From NCBI GenBank assembly GCA_965235115.1, contig OZ249444.1:28706001-28770000 (forward strand): a stretch of 64,000 bases of DNA, given 5' to 3'. This document shows positions 1 through 14,312 of this stretch, one piece after another (position 1 is the first letter of the stretch; the number at the start of each line of letters is the position of its first letter). This stretch comes from Laetmonice hystrix (taxonomy: Eukaryota). The notes under the pieces were generated by a model. It worked only from the letters and a program-made list of their open reading frames with translations, made no database searches and was not told where the DNA came from. The translations under genes and the position numbers were made by a program.

Positions 1-923
1 CCGGGCACGGGGACGGGGACAGCAAGGGGACAGGTCTGGCGGGGGCCGATAAGGGTAGACTGACCCCCGGCACACGCGATGTCAGATCACTGTATTAACA
101 TAGGGTTAATAACGCCACACTATACCTCTCCTCGCCCTCACCCCAACACCCACTGACACAACCCCCCTCATCATTCCCACACACAGCACCCCGCTACGCC
201 TCACACCATCATGTCTATATAAGAAACTCAAAAACAAAATCATATTAATACATTTTTTTAAACTTTTCACCGGACTAACTTTATCATTCCACACCTGTTC
301 CACAACTACGGACATTATTGCTACAATCTCCAGAAGACGTTTTTGCATCCGCCACTTTTTGGGAATAAAAAACCCGGCCGAGGTAATTGAAATGGTTCTA
401 TTGAGAAGGACAACCAGCGGATGGTTGCTTTCAGTTTGCTCGGTTCAAATCAGCGCGAACAAAGCGGAGTGAGATCCTGGTCCCTCTCTCATTTAGACTC
501 GCTTTAATTGGGCCCGGGAATCAGCATAAAAACATTGAGAAAACATTAGATTCATCCCAGTGGAAACTTGCCACCCCTAATGAATGGATAAGTGACTACA
601 TGGCTTCATGAATACAATAGAACCTAGCAGGAATATCCCCAGATGTAACAAACTGTAAGCTACTAATCCCGCTGAGACTGATCAATCTCAAACTAACATA
701 AAAAGTTCTCATACAACGCTGCTAGTTTTTCCCAGTGATGTTTTTTTATGATCCTTATTACACGATGAGACCCAACATCATGTCAGAGTTTTCTTCGACA
801 AATCGTGGTAACTTGGTAACACTGCCACGAAATAAGACCTTCCTAAAACACTGATCTCTATCGCTACCCTATCCCTTAATCCTTCCTTCCCGTCCCCAGA
901 CCTCCCCAAACTATGGGAGAAAT

Positions 924-1853
924 CACCATGAACAGACCCAGGTACATACCATCAACAGACCCAAGTATACAAACCCTCAACAGACCCAGGTACATACCAT
1001 CAACAGACCCAGGTACATACCATCAACAGACCCAGGTACATACCATCAATAGACCCAGGTACATACCATCAACAGACCAGGTAAATACCATCAACAGACC
1101 CAGGTACATACCATAAACAGACCCAGGTACATACAATCAACAGACCCAGGTATACAAACCATCAACAGACCAGGTACATACCATCAACAGACCCAGGTAC
1201 ATACCATCAACAGACCCAGGTACATACCATCAACAGACCCAGGTACATACCATCAACAGACCCAAGTATACAAACCCTCAACAGACCCAGGTACATACCA
1301 TCAACAGACCCAGGTACATACCATCAACAGACCCAGGTACATACCATCAACAGACCAGGTACATACCATCAACAGAACCAGGTACATACCATCAACAGAC
1401 CCAGGTACATACCATAAACAGACCCAGGTACATACAATCAACAGACCCAGGTATACAAACCATCAACAGACCAGGTACATACCATCAACAGACCCAGGTA
1501 CATACCATCAACAGACCCAGGTACATACCATCAACAGACCCAGGTACATACCATCAACAGACCCAGGTACATACCATCAACAGACCCAGGTATACAAACC
1601 ATCAATAGACCCAGGTACATACCCTCAACAGACCCAGGTACATACCATCAACAGACCCAGATACATACCATCAACAGACCCAGGTATACAAACCATCAAT
1701 AGACCCAGGTACATACCATCAACAGACCAGGTACATACCATCAACAGACCCAGGTACATACCATCAACAGACCCAGATACATACCATCAACAAACCCAGG
1801 TATACAACCATCAATAGACCCAGGTACATATTACGAACAGACCCAGGTATACA
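924..1853. repeat. 23-bp minisatellite, ~40 copies
   Basis: Unit ACAGACCCAGGTACATACCATCA, with 22-bp and substitution variants. Confidence 0.97.
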
Positions 1854-4800
1854 GTGTGACCAGCTCAGGAATAATTGAAACCACGACAGATTTTTTCACA
1901 TTTTTTACAGAGTCTGTTATAACCACTTGATAGAGAAAATCTCCCTCCTTAGATCACAAACCCTGTGATTCAGTGGTGACTGTTAATGTACAACCATTCA
2001 CCCTTCCATCTCCCAGACAACTACTGTACATCATCTAGTCACAATCAACCATCAAGACACCAGTAACAAGCCCATATTAAGCTTGAATCAAATCAGTGTC
2101 GACTTCGCCTCAGTATTCGTTTCCGAAACATTACTTATCTTTCTGCAAAGTTTGGCCCCTATGAACTCTGGCCGTGTTATCGGTCATTGCAGTGCCAACC
2201 ACTTAACTGGTAAATGGCAGTAATTACAGTGCCATCACGCAACCACTGTGGGCTGCCCTTCACAACCGGCTTCACAAACTCATTATGTCATTTGTACATT
2301 TTGGCAATTTCATGATGTTTGTTTTAGAGATGCTAAACAATCTAATAGTACCGACTACAAATATTTAACCATTTACTACAAAAGCTAAAAGTTTCTGTTT
2401 TGAAATGACTTTTTTTCCAGAATCGCTGGACAATTCCTGCTTGACTCAATGTTAATGACAGGATGGATAATTTCTCAATGTTTTTAGAAAGGATTAGCGA
2501 TGTAACTGAAGTCCATGGAATGTCTTTAAAAAGTCCAGTTGTCATGGTTATCATTTTACGTGAAAATTTCAAGTATTTCATTAACGGTGGGAAATCTACG
2601 TATTATGATAAAAGATAAAGTCATTATCCTTCAGATATCATCGAAAAATACCTTGCTTTTCGATTTATGATGTTTTTTTCAGCGGGATTCCCTGACGGCT
2701 GATAGTAACTTGCCGCAGAAAGCTTTGTGGCGCCACTGGCACGATGGTCGGCGGCTGTGGACGATCTGACCACAATGAGCCTAGCGTCAGCCTCTTTAAC
2801 GTTCAGCTAATGGACAAAACAGCCCAAAACCACACCACTGAAAACAATTCAAGTCGCCGCCACCGTATCATGTATGAATGAAATAGCACCGTTAAAATTT
2901 CAACCTTCAATTTAGATAAAAAGCCATGAACAATACGCTGAGCGGTGTTAGTAAAGCCACAATGAAAAGGTGTCGGTGCGTATTGTTTACGTGCCGAGGC
3001 GGCCATGGCCGGTGGCGACCATAGAGTGAGTTGTACAAAGACTAAGAGACGTTCGTCCATGGCGTGACCACTAATGTCCCATTGATGGGTGCTTGTACTA
3101 CTGTTGGCCCAATTACCACTCCGAATTGACGCTGACCCCTCCTCATTTCCCCATTTCATTGTTTAAAAGCTCGTTTGTACCGCAACATAAAAAATGCATA
3201 TTTTTATGCCAAAGAGTGATCATGCGTAGAACGATGACGACTCGGTATGGATACTGCTACAAGTTGATGTCCTACTCTCTGTGTCTGCCAGTTGTAATGA
3301 AAGAATATCAGTAACAAAAGCAAGTACTGCATGGCGCCCCCCCCCTCCACCCTACCCCTGGACGCCTGTCAGCACCACGGCCATGTCATTACACATTCAA
3401 ACGGGCATTATTCTCTCATTATGATGTCCAAACCCACAGGATGCATTGCAAAGTTTTCAGGAACCGTCGACCGTTTGTAAATTATCCACCGACACCACAA
3501 TAAAAACGAGTGGCCATTGGAGTGTAAATGGCAAATTCGACAGCAGGATTTGGTGGCTAGCTCCATGTTATTAACGATGGCCGCCGTGACAATCTGGTCT
3601 TTTGTGTCACAATTTGGTGAGTGTGCACCATTAGGACAAACTGCCTCCTTATTGTAACGGTAACTCGCCAGTAACCAGAGGGGAAACGTACTTTCTGAGG
3701 GCACGTGGAGTATAAACACTCCTCCTCCTTGTAACACCCTAAACGGGCGCAACAAAAAATGGCTTTGTGCCATGATGAATGATTTGCAAGCCGAGACATT
3801 GGCAACGATAGGCGTGGAACACGTGGGATGACAACTGCCTTATGAAACATGACACCGGTTTCACACAGGGCTTTTACATGGCCCTACCTAACCTGTAAAC
3901 TGAACGTGTAAACCACAGCATGTTACCATACAATGTTACAACAATAAATACAAAAACAACCCCTCTCAGTCTGTAAATGATTGATATGAATATGTTGACA
4001 ACCCTACAAATCTAAACAAACATTTAGTTTTCAACCCTGAACCTTCACTAGATCCTATTTGTACGCTGAGGTCCGATTCAGACGCTACCATCTAATAAGG
4101 CTTGTTAATTACTAAAAGCTATAATTGAGAGCGGCTCACTATTGTTTGGAGGGTGATAATTTCTAGTACTATTGTAACCAATCTATTGCTTACGACACGG
4201 ATCTCATCAGTAAAGCCTATAATCATGTGACCGATTAAAACTCCCCACAAACACTATCAGTATCAACTCGCAGGCATCAGCTCCCGCCATCCGAACCTGA
4301 GCTACTCTGATTAATCTTACTCAATCTCACAATCTCATAACCAGCACGCCATCGGCTGAAGCCGGCCAGATGTTTCCAGCCACTTTTCCCAGATGTTTTC
4401 AGTCTGGAAACGGCAGGAAATGCCCGCCAGTGAAATCCGCAATTAAAAAGGTATTAAGGTGTATTAAATACAGCTAGGTTAGGGGATTATGTGTAGCCGT
4501 CTGCTATAAACCTCGCCAGTTTGTGGCAGACCCATTGTGGGGTGAGCGGTTTGAAGTAGCCCTCCACAGTTGATGGTCAGTGGGCAGAAAGGCCGACAAG
4601 GCAGTCTGGGTGGCGTATGGTCTTTGTTTAGCCTGTAGTGGCCTTTGTTTAGGTTGAGGTGGTATTGTAATGGCCGTGTCACATACAACAGGTAAAGTTC
4701 ACGATTATCCCACTCAGAGCCATTATATCACGTTCTCTACTAACAAACGCACGTCCAAATCCACAACTCTGATACTATGAGCCGCACTGCTCTTTTAGGA

Positions 4801-6104
4801 TGTTCTTTGTTCTGGTATCCTGTGTGCGCGTTTGATATTACACCAAATGTTTGAAAAATTGGCTAGAATGTACATGACATCAATTAATATCGTTCATAGA
4901 AACATCAATGAAGGTGTCACCTTTAAGAAGTAGACAGATGAGCGGGAGACGTTGTATCAGATATGAGGCGGTAAATAATAAATGTTAGTACGGATAAAAT
5001 CAGCAGGCTTTGATGTCTTGAATTCATACAACACTAGAACACATTCACTCGTCAGTTTCTATGAGCAATGCTACTTTTACTTACAATTTTCAATCCGCAT
5101 TTTCTGACTTGAAAACTGTATCTTTTTTGGGGGAAATTACAGCATCATTTTCATTATTCAAATACATGTACAACGGGGAACTGTAAATCTGAAATGTGGA
5201 TAACATGGCAATATACGTGACACATTGATTTATTCTAATTCAGTTAAATGGAGGTTGGGTCAAAGACATTTGGTTGGGTTAGATCCTCCATTGTGGCTCC
5301 ACTAATTTTGAGTGAAAGACCTGAACATATAAACGGTACCCTAATGTCACTTGGTGTGAAGCATACCACGGGGAACCACCCAGACTGGGTGAACTTGGAG
5401 ACGCTGGTCCTGCGTTCATGTTAAACCCTTCTCTGACTGAGCACCAGACCTCGCTCGCTTTGTTAATGTGACAATGAAGAGAGAGAGCAGTTATATGGGC
5501 ACTGTCACACACGCTACCACCAACTCGACCAGTCCGTTGTCCATGTCAATACCCATGTTGTACTAATAGCATACATTTGGTAATCACATCATTATTGTAT
5601 GCTCGGAGCAGGCCGGTGCACATACGCTGGCCATATGGACTGTGGTTTCTACCAAATCCTTATTGCTTTGTATATCAGTTGCAGCTCATGGAAATCAGTG
5701 CCAAAACACAGCGTAATGTAGGAACATCGCGTCTATTGTGGCAGAGCCCACAACAAAGTGTCATGGTCTTGAAATGAGCAAAATCACAATAGTATCGGGG
5801 GGAGGTGTTCTGGGAGGTAATGGCGGGCGGGCACGTGTATCACGGATAGAAACAACGGCAAACAGTCACTTCTTTAATAGATATTGTATGCGATCAATAC
5901 GGTATAGGTTCTACCTCTAACCGGCAACAAAAGGTTATCTCGGTTTTTATGGTTCCTATAGTGAAGACAATTGGCGGGGAGAGGAGAGGTTGTTGAAAAG
6001 GAATCGCGGGCGGGATGAAGATCTGACAATAACGAGGAAAAAAAGGCAAAATGTTCTTGATAACGGCTGACATCTGCGATTATCATCAGCCGGACCTCTT
6101 GTCG

Positions 6105-6321
6105 GTTGGCCTTAGGTCGCGTACGTTGGCCTTAGGTCGTGTACGTTGGCCTTAGGTCGTGTACGTTGGCCTTAGGTCGTGTACGTTGGCCTTAGGTCGT
6201 GTACGTTGGCCTTAGGTCGTGTACGTTGGCCTTAGGTCGTGTACGTTGGCCTTAGGTCGTGTACTTTGGCCTTAGGTCGCGTACGTTGGCCTTAGGTCGT
6301 GTACGTTGGCCTTAGGTCGTG
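6105..6321. repeat. 20-bp minisatellite, ~11 copies
   Basis: Unit GTTGGCCTTAGGTCGTGTAC. Confidence 0.97.
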
Positions 6322-8563
6322 TTCAGCGGCCCCGCCTACTGTTCACGGGGTAAACGTGTCACGCAGATCAGGCACCATGGCGGTGATTTCTGTCAACTGT
6401 GTGCCGCGAACTTACACAAATCTTTGGCTGCTCTCCAACCATCTCAAGCTGGCGTTTGGTTGGGGTGCTAGGAGGGACAGCATGCAATCAGGGTACTACT
6501 GTTCGTGACGTCTGTGCTGGGGTCAAGGGGTAACTAACAGACGAGCAGGAGTTCACCTCATCTGACAATGAGACTCCGTGACTGTTAGTTTTTTACTTTC
6601 TATAGAACAGATTTGAACCGAACAATTGAAATATTCCACTCATAGAAATACAAGCTGTGCCGGCAGAGAACATGTCAATTCAGGTTCGTGTGTGTAATGT
6701 CATGATGGCTTGCACTCAAACTCATGCCCTTCATTTATAACAGAGTAAATACCTTGGAAGGTGTAAACTAGGTGAATACTACATACAATCTATATAGTGG
6801 TAGTCATCATGGGTTTGATTTACCCTGGAATATTGTATGATCTTGTGGTGCCCTGAGAGGGAAACCACTGAGAGGATTTGGTTTAACTGTCATGTTTCAT
6901 CAACTTACGTCTCAACATTTCATTTCTCTCACTGCCCTTCCATATTTCTTTCAACCAAAGCCGCAAAAAAAACAAAGAGAAGCAGTGGGGGGAAAATCAG
7001 AGTAGGAAAATAAATGAAAAAGAAATCAAAGGTTGGAGTGTGAGATACATGTTGGGAATGATGAATGATGTGAAGTGACACTGTGGCCTTAAACTGTCAG
7101 ACCAGGTTGGCGGTACACAACTCTTCCTTTTGTTCATCCAATTTATGAATGTAGCCTGCCGTGTTATTCTCTCCACCCAATACGTGCCCGCTGGGGGTTG
7201 TGAAAGACTCGGGTCCAGTGACTGGCACACGTCATGGGGGGCCTACCCCCTTCCACCCATCCTCGTCCTTCAGTCGTCAAGTCAGTCAGTCGGAGGAGGA
7301 GGCAGTGGACAACCTGACAACGTGCTCCCGGTGTGACAGGAGTTTTTTTGTGATATTTTGTTTTGACACTATAGAGTTACATGAACAGAGTTCCCGCTTA
7401 CAGTGTTTTAAAAGTAAACCCCACATCGGACATGACCAGTATACAGTAGGTTTTGAAGGTCATCCCAGGTGGTTGATAGAATGTCATCAGTCATTAAGGT
7501 ACAGACAATAAGCCAGTATGATCTCAGAGTATCATATAATAAATACATGCAGCTCCTGCTAACTATCCCTCCCGTGACACCGAACCTGGTGAGATAATAG
7601 GCAACAATTGGAGTCTCTCGCTCTACCTTGGCATACTTGACAAAAACCAGTACATTGTAGCAATTAACAAAAAACAAGTTTTTCAGGAGTTCAGTTTCCA
7701 TTTGCTATATTATGAAACATTTTTCTCTCATTGATTGACAAATGTTTCTGTCTCCCTACTGCTGTGAATTCTCAGTTGGTGCGGATAAAGTAAATCTCTG
7801 TGCCATGTACGTCACTGTAGTGATGGTTATCAATGTTAGTTTTAAATAACATGTGGTATCCATAATGTTAGCCACATTTTGATATCAATTCAACCTCCAC
7901 TGCTCAAATAGTATCATAAAATTACAATCTCACATCAAACTTTTCCCTTCATTTTAACAAGTTCAATTTCATATGCGAAGCCTGAAAGACAAAGGATACC
8001 TTCAATGTGCATCCAAGTGAATCTCCGTGCGAAGAGGGGAATGTGTAACAATAGATATCGTATCCATAATCAAACTACAATCAGGTAATTATCATAAAAA
8101 CGGAGTGTTTCACTTGTGGATTCCACTGAATGGAAACAGCCCATCAGGTTCTGATGGCAGCTAGAACTTACCACATTCCCCACTCTTTTGTTTCCACATT
8201 GCGGTACATACTGTGGTGGAATTTGTTTAAAACCTCCATTATATCAACATGAATAGATTCATACCTTTCTTTCACACCATCTTATGTCAGAGCGGCAAAT
8301 AAATATGTTATCTCTAAATAAATATGTTATCTCTAAACCTGCTGCAATGTGTTCACAGGTTGGGAACGCTTTCTATGGACCGTGTAGCAACTGTTTTCAA
8401 ACGTTGATCTAGTATCAATGGGTTTATTGCCAACAACACGTGAAACCTCCTAAACTACACACAACGTAAAATATCTTGTCGAACAGATGAACAGACTGTC
8501 GATGTATACAATACCTTTGTGAGCAGTTGGAATTGTAAACTATGTGAAATATAAACGTATTAC

Positions 8564-8641
8564 CTGGTGAAATTGTCATCACTACTGAATGTGACGTATG
8601 CGAAACTCACCTGGAACAGATAAAAGTAGAGGGAATATTAG
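8564..8641 (-). other. Candidate recursive splice site with 47-nt RS-exon
   Basis: Minus strand: CTAAT branch point (8641-8637), tract ATTCCCTCTACTTTTATCTGTTCCAG, then immediately GTGAGT (8610-8605). A second donor CAG|GTAATA lies at 8564/8563. Motif only; no transcript evidence. Confidence 0.4.
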
Positions 8642-10656
8642 AAGTTGGTTATTTCCGACTGGAAGTAATTTTTCAACCTTTTCGCTCGTAAACCTCGCAG
8701 AACCTGTGTGTGTAAGAGAGTTACTTTTGAGAGATCATATCCCGTGGTGACATTGCCACCAAACTCAGGGTACGGTATTTTGGGGGGTAGTCCGGAGAGG
8801 ATAACGTGTTGCCATGGAGATCTTACATTCTCTGGGGGTGGGTTTAGTAAGATATTAATTCTGATTATTAGTGTGGGGTTGGTAGTTCACAACCTCCTGC
8901 CCTGTATGATCGGATATATTCAGGTCTGTTGATCGCACCACTCCACTCTAATGAAGCTGAACCCCTGATCTGAGTCTCTTGTACTTATTAACCCCACTAG
9001 GGTGGTGTAGGGCGGGGGTGGGGAGTGTGTCAGGTAAGCCACTGTCCACCTCAGCCTCCCACCTGTACTGATACCTGCATCATGCCTCTAACAAACTGAC
9101 CAATGTACCGGGTAACCCGAGAACACATGGGGGGGGGGGGGGAGGAGCAAGGAGGGGTACGAACGGTGGTGGATTTTTTAAAAGGATAGATCTTTGAATT
9201 TAATGATTAGCATTGGTTGATAGACAAATGTTAGACAAGTCTTTGACTGCTGACACAAAGGTTTAACATTACTGATAACAAAAACTGATTTTACATCTTT
9301 GTAAATCTTTACAAAGTACGGTACCACCTCGGAGTGGTTGTTACACAAACATTAGTTTGTCCACAACTGTTAATTTTACAGTAAGGAATACCACTGGGGA
9401 ATATCAGGGTGTGTCCACAGTTGATAAGAAGTTTTTTCCTTCCAGATATAATTAGTTGTATGCAGAATGGTTAGAGAGTTGACTTGTACACTATAATTCT
9501 CCCCCCCCCCCCCCAACATCTACCTTGGATCATAACACACGCCGCCGCCAGTAATCAAGTTGCATCGATTATTGGTAATATAAATCTGATGATTTCTAGG
9601 GGGTGTTCCTCACCATGTCGTTAGCTTGTCGTATCGTTAACTCCAATGTATTTTCAATGGGGATTTTAACGCACGACAAGATAACGACAGATGAGGAACG
9701 CACCCCTGGTAATTAACCCCAGTCTCTGAACCATTATCTGTATACATATATCCGTAATGCTGTGTTGCTGCACACCCGGCCCACCTGGAGTTTATTATAT
9801 GTAACAGTTAAAGTTAGGCTTAGATTACAGCAGGTCAGGTCCCTGGACATTAGAACCGATGATCCTGTTGTAAGAACAGGTAGTTACCGCTCCATTGTTG
9901 GGCTACACCACCACATACATTGGCTATTAGCAGTAAATAACCTGGTCGGAACTGTCTCTGTGCTCCACCACATGTATTGAGGTCAGAATCACAGTGTTAA
10001 CTAAAGGTTACCCACTTGTCCCTTCAATACTTTTTAGGATGGCGATGGACAATCAACGTGAGCTGATGACCAATGTTAAAGTTTCTCGCTGTTATCTTCC
10101 AACAATGAGGAAAATTAGAAAGAGGATCAGGCAAAGCGCGGTCGAGTCCGGTGTACAAATGAGGGCATGCAGTCACCATATTACTCCTGAGGAGGACAAA
10201 ATAACTAATTGTTCCTCATACAAAAGATTCATTGTCGACACATTGTCCATCACCCTTGAGCTTTCAGAGTAAAAAATGTCCATGCTTGCCCTATATGTAT
10301 CAGTTTGAGCTATGGGCGATCAGAGCTGGTATTGTTCGGCTGGGCCAGGTTAGGCCAGTCCGATTAGTCGCAAACAATAGGCTTACCGAGGGCCAGCTCG
10401 GCTGTGTACAGCGGCCGGGGTGAGGGCTAGCCAAGGCTGGCACAGAGATTGTTACTGGTGGTCGGTGGATCATTTACAGGATACTTTAATACGGTTACAA
10501 GTTTACAAAGGGACATTGACCCATTACATGACGACCAAACACAGTCCATTCGCCCACTTCTCTGTGGGACCATAATGTGTTCCTTATTATGGTTCATCGT
10601 TAACAATAAAAACACCAAAGCACAGGGTGATCACACAAATCTCATTTTCAAATTCG

Positions 10657-11124
10657 CTGTGTTTTCCCTGTGTTTTCCATACCCAATCATAGATTTCCCT
10701 GTGTTTTCCATACCCAATCATATATATCCCCTGTGTTTTCCGTGTTTTCCCTGTGTTTTCCATACCCAATCATATATATCCCCTGTGTTTTCCGTGTTTT
10801 CCCTGTGTTTTCCATACCCAATCATATATATCCCCTGTGTTTTCCGTGTTTTCACTGTGTTTTCCATACCCAATATATCCCCTGTGTTTTCCGTGTATTC
10901 CCTGTGTTTTCCATACCCAATATATCCCCTGTGTTTTCCGTGTTTTCACTGTGTTTTCCATACCCAATCATATATATCCCCTGTGTTTTCCGTGTTTTCC
11001 CTGTGTTTTCCATACCCAATATATCCCCTGAGTTTTCCGTGTTTTCACTGTGTTTTCCATACCCAATCATATATATCCCCTGTGTTTTCCGTGTTTTCCC
11101 TGTGTTTTCCATACCCAATCATAG
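10657..11124. repeat. Composite ~50-53-bp minisatellite
   Basis: Alternating CCCTGTGTTTTCCGTGTTTT and CCCTGTGTTTTCCATACCCAATCATATATATC blocks. Confidence 0.92.
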
Positions 11125-11347
11125 ATTTTCTCTGCGATCAGAAATACCGGCTAATCATTGTTTTGGTCAAATCTTGCGGCCAGGCAGCCATCTTTAACCA
11201 GATCCACCACTACATGTCCTGGAGCATCTGCCTAATCTTTTTTTTTTTGGCTGTTGAATTTTCCGCCGTGTTTTCCCTGTGTTTTGGCGATTTTTACAAA
11301 TTTGCTGTGTTTACACTGCAGGGATGTTGTAGAGTTGCCATTTTCCC

Positions 11348-11627
11348 TGTTTCCTCTGTGCTGTGTTCAGCTTGTATCTCAAATGTATAGATTTTACGCG
11401 TTAGAAACTGGCTAGAGATTGGCGGAACATGCAATCACAGGATACACTCGCTAATACTAGGTTTTAAACCGGGGCTTGGTAGGGAAACTGTTTCCTCTGT
11501 GCTGTGTTCAGCTTGTATCTCAAAGGTGTAGTTTTAGAAACTGGCTAGAGATTAGTGGAACATGCAATCACAGGATACACTCACCAATACTAGGTTTTAA
11601 ACCGGGGCTTGGTAGGGAAACTGTTTC
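11348..11627. repeat. ~140-bp tandem duplication (2 copies)
   Basis: TGTTTCCTCTGTGCTGTGTTCAGCTTGTATCTCAAA...GGTAGGGAAACTG starts at 11348 and again at 11489. Confidence 0.9.
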
Positions 11628-12789
11628 CGGAATGTTTCCGCAGTTAAAATATCGTGTATACTTGAAGAGAAAATTGTCGGTGTATTTTATACTCCATGGC
11701 CAGCAGTGCAGATTGTGCCGTGAGGCATTGCAACTTGAGAATCTGACATCAAACCTTCCGCTGTATCGTTATCTCATCATTTTGTTTACTGCTGCTAATC
11801 ACATTCTGAAGGTAAAAATTCAGCATTTTTCGCATCATGTGTAAGAATGAGAAGTGACTGTGAACTTGGTTACCACTAACACCTGACAGGTGGGGGTTGG
11901 CTGAAGATGTGGATTAGTGTTAATCCTACAACAATAGCTATCCGGCGACTGTAAAGGTAGCAGACTTATGTCCCACAAGGCTCATTGCGTTCAACCACAA
12001 TAGAATACAAACGATTAACATGAGGCACTAAACCCGGACCTGAGTTCTGACACACCCCGCTCGGGGTCTCTGGGGGCCATCTCAACAGTCACTGTGATTA
12101 CCCTCGGGGGATCATCTCAAGAGGTGCCTAATCTCTGCGGGGGTTGGGGTGGACCAGGGGAGTCGATGTCGGATTGGTAGGGACCATGCCCCTGACCAGT
12201 CCCTAGGGACTTGTCAACCCCCACCGACCACTAACCAAACACAGGGACCTAAACCTCAGGCCGACCACAATCACCAACACCACAGGATTCCTAATGAAAT
12301 TACTCATGCACGCCCCTGATCGACCCAGTCGACTGCAACTAGTAATTGGGACCATTCTCCGGCCGTCATGGTGCCGATCTGTGACTGTTCTGGGGACATT
12401 GTCAGTATACTGATGATTCTGACGTCATATCCCGGCAGGACTTGTGACTGGTGATTACCACCTCGTAGAGACTCCGGTTCAATAGGTCACACTAATTACA
12501 TCTCTCATAACACGCCGTTATACCACAAAATGGCATCACCACGAAGATTGCCAATATTACGGGTTGAAGATTGTCTTCCAGGGGTCAAACCAAACGACCC
12601 TTTAATACAATCTCCGGGCCGGGCCGAGATCAATTCATCTTCCCTTCCTCCCAAAACTACAACTCATTTCAAACGTTTTAATTATAGAACGGTACAGGTC
12701 ATTGAAGAAATGTTTCTCATTGTGAAGTTCTGCTGAGGATATCAGTTAGCACCTAGGATCCTTTGTCAAGGCAACGGAGCCCGTACGTG

Positions 12790-13560
12790 TTGCTGGCACT
12801 GTTGTTGCTGCTACTGTTCCTGCTGTTGTTATTGCTGTTGCTGCTACTGTTCCTGCTGCTAATGTCCCTACTCTTGTTACTGCTGTTGCCGTTCCTGTAC
12901 CGGCTTCCACAATTCCTGCTATTGCTCCTGTTTCTGCTGTTGCTCCTGTTTCTGCTGTCGTTATCGCTGTTGCTGCTCATGTTCCTGCTGCTAGAGTTCA
13001 TGCTGCCCCTGTTACTGCTGTCGTTATCGCTGTTGCTGCTCATGTTCCGCTGCTAGAGTTCATGCTGCTCCTGTTACTGCTGTCGTTATCGCTGTTGCTG
13101 CTCATGTTCCGCTGCTAGAGTTCATGCTGCTTCTCCTGTTCCTCTTGTTGTTATTGCTGTTGCTGCTACTGTTCCTGTTCCTGCTGTTGTTATTGCTGTT
13201 TCTGCTACTGTTGCTGCTACTGTTGCTGCTGCTCCTGTTCCTGCTGTTTTATTGCTATTGCTGCTACTGTTGCTGCTGCTCATGTTCCTTCTGTTGTTAT
13301 TGCTGTTGCTGCTACTGTTCCTGTTGCTGTTATTGCTGTTGCTGCTCCTGTTCCTGTTGTTGTTATTGCTGTTGCTGCTACTGTTGCTGCTGCTCCTGTT
13401 CCTGCTGTTGTTATTGCTGTTGCTGCTACTATTCCTGCTGCTCCTGTTTCTGCTGTTGTTATTGCTGTTGCTGCTACTCTTCCTGCTGCTCCTGCTCCTG
13501 TTCCTGTTGTTGTTATTGCTGTTGCTGCTGCTGTTGCTGCTGCTCCTGTTCCTGCTCCCC
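12790..13560. repeat. Degenerate compound trinucleotide tract (CTG/TTG/CTA/TTA/TTC)
   Basis: Continuous triplet periodicity, giving low-complexity L-, C- and S/N-rich ORFs. Includes a ~48-bp triplication near 12950-13125. Confidence 0.92.
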
Positions 13561-14038
13561 CTGAGACCTGTTAGCACGGCGCCTGATGAAGTCTGACACC
13601 TGACACAGCTCTCCTACCTGGATCCTGACAGCTCGGGTTACCGTTTCCACTGATGAGACCTCGTAACTCAGTGGTGTGGGCCATTTCCTGGCCCGCCGGT
13701 GGGCCGGCACACCACCGCCTCCCCCCTCCCCGCCTCCCACGGCAAAAATTTACACCTGGGCGGCAAAGTGGATTAATTTTTGTATCAAGGACAAAGGTGT
13801 GAATGGAAGGGGATGAGCAGGAGCTTGGGAAAATATTTACGTCCGTCACCATCTATTATGACAGATGAGGTTGAGGACAAAAACTGGAGCTCTAAGAGAG
13901 AGAGAGAGAGAGTTGTGTGGGACCAGCTGACAGGTAGCAATGTCAGTTATGCCATCTCTCCGCATCCATTGTCCTGTCGTCAAACAACCCTGACATCCGG
14001 TAATAATCTCGGATGGACTCTCACAGACTTATATGGCT

Positions 14039-14312
14039 GATTACAAGGACGTGTTTGGTCTCGGGGTTAACATCCTCTTGGGGTTGGTTAAAAACCTATT
14101 GTAAGGACGTCACCATTCTCGGGGTTAACTTATTCTGGAGGGTAAAGTTTTTTTACCCTGCTCGGTCACTAAGTTTTACCCTGTAAACATGGCTGATGCA
14201 TTGCCAGGAGTCTGGGCTGAACGTTACAGTTTGAAAGAATTGACAATAGGTTAAAACCCAATAATGTGGTTGAACCCATTCTCAGGATTAACCTACTAAC
14301 GTCCTTGCAATC
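14039..14312. mobile_element. Possible degenerate foldback/MITE
   Basis: GATTACAAGGACGT (14039-14052) vs ACGTCCTTGCAATC (14299-14312), 13/14 inverted match. Internal degenerate direct repeats (TCTCGGGGTTAAC x2). No TSD seen. Confidence 0.25.

Noticed and set aside
10449-10620. Peptide LLVVGGSFTGYFNTVTSLQRDIDP loosely resembling the missing MPDU1 GGSLARIFTSIQETGDP
   Set aside because: Wrong strand relative to the MPDU1 exon, needs gaps, lacks the TGQLS motif and has no splice sites.
12753-13577. Ser/Asn-rich or poly-Q protein on the minus strand
   Set aside because: Triplet-repeat read-through; the Q frame has frequent TAA, the S/N frame is split, and there are no convincing splice sites.
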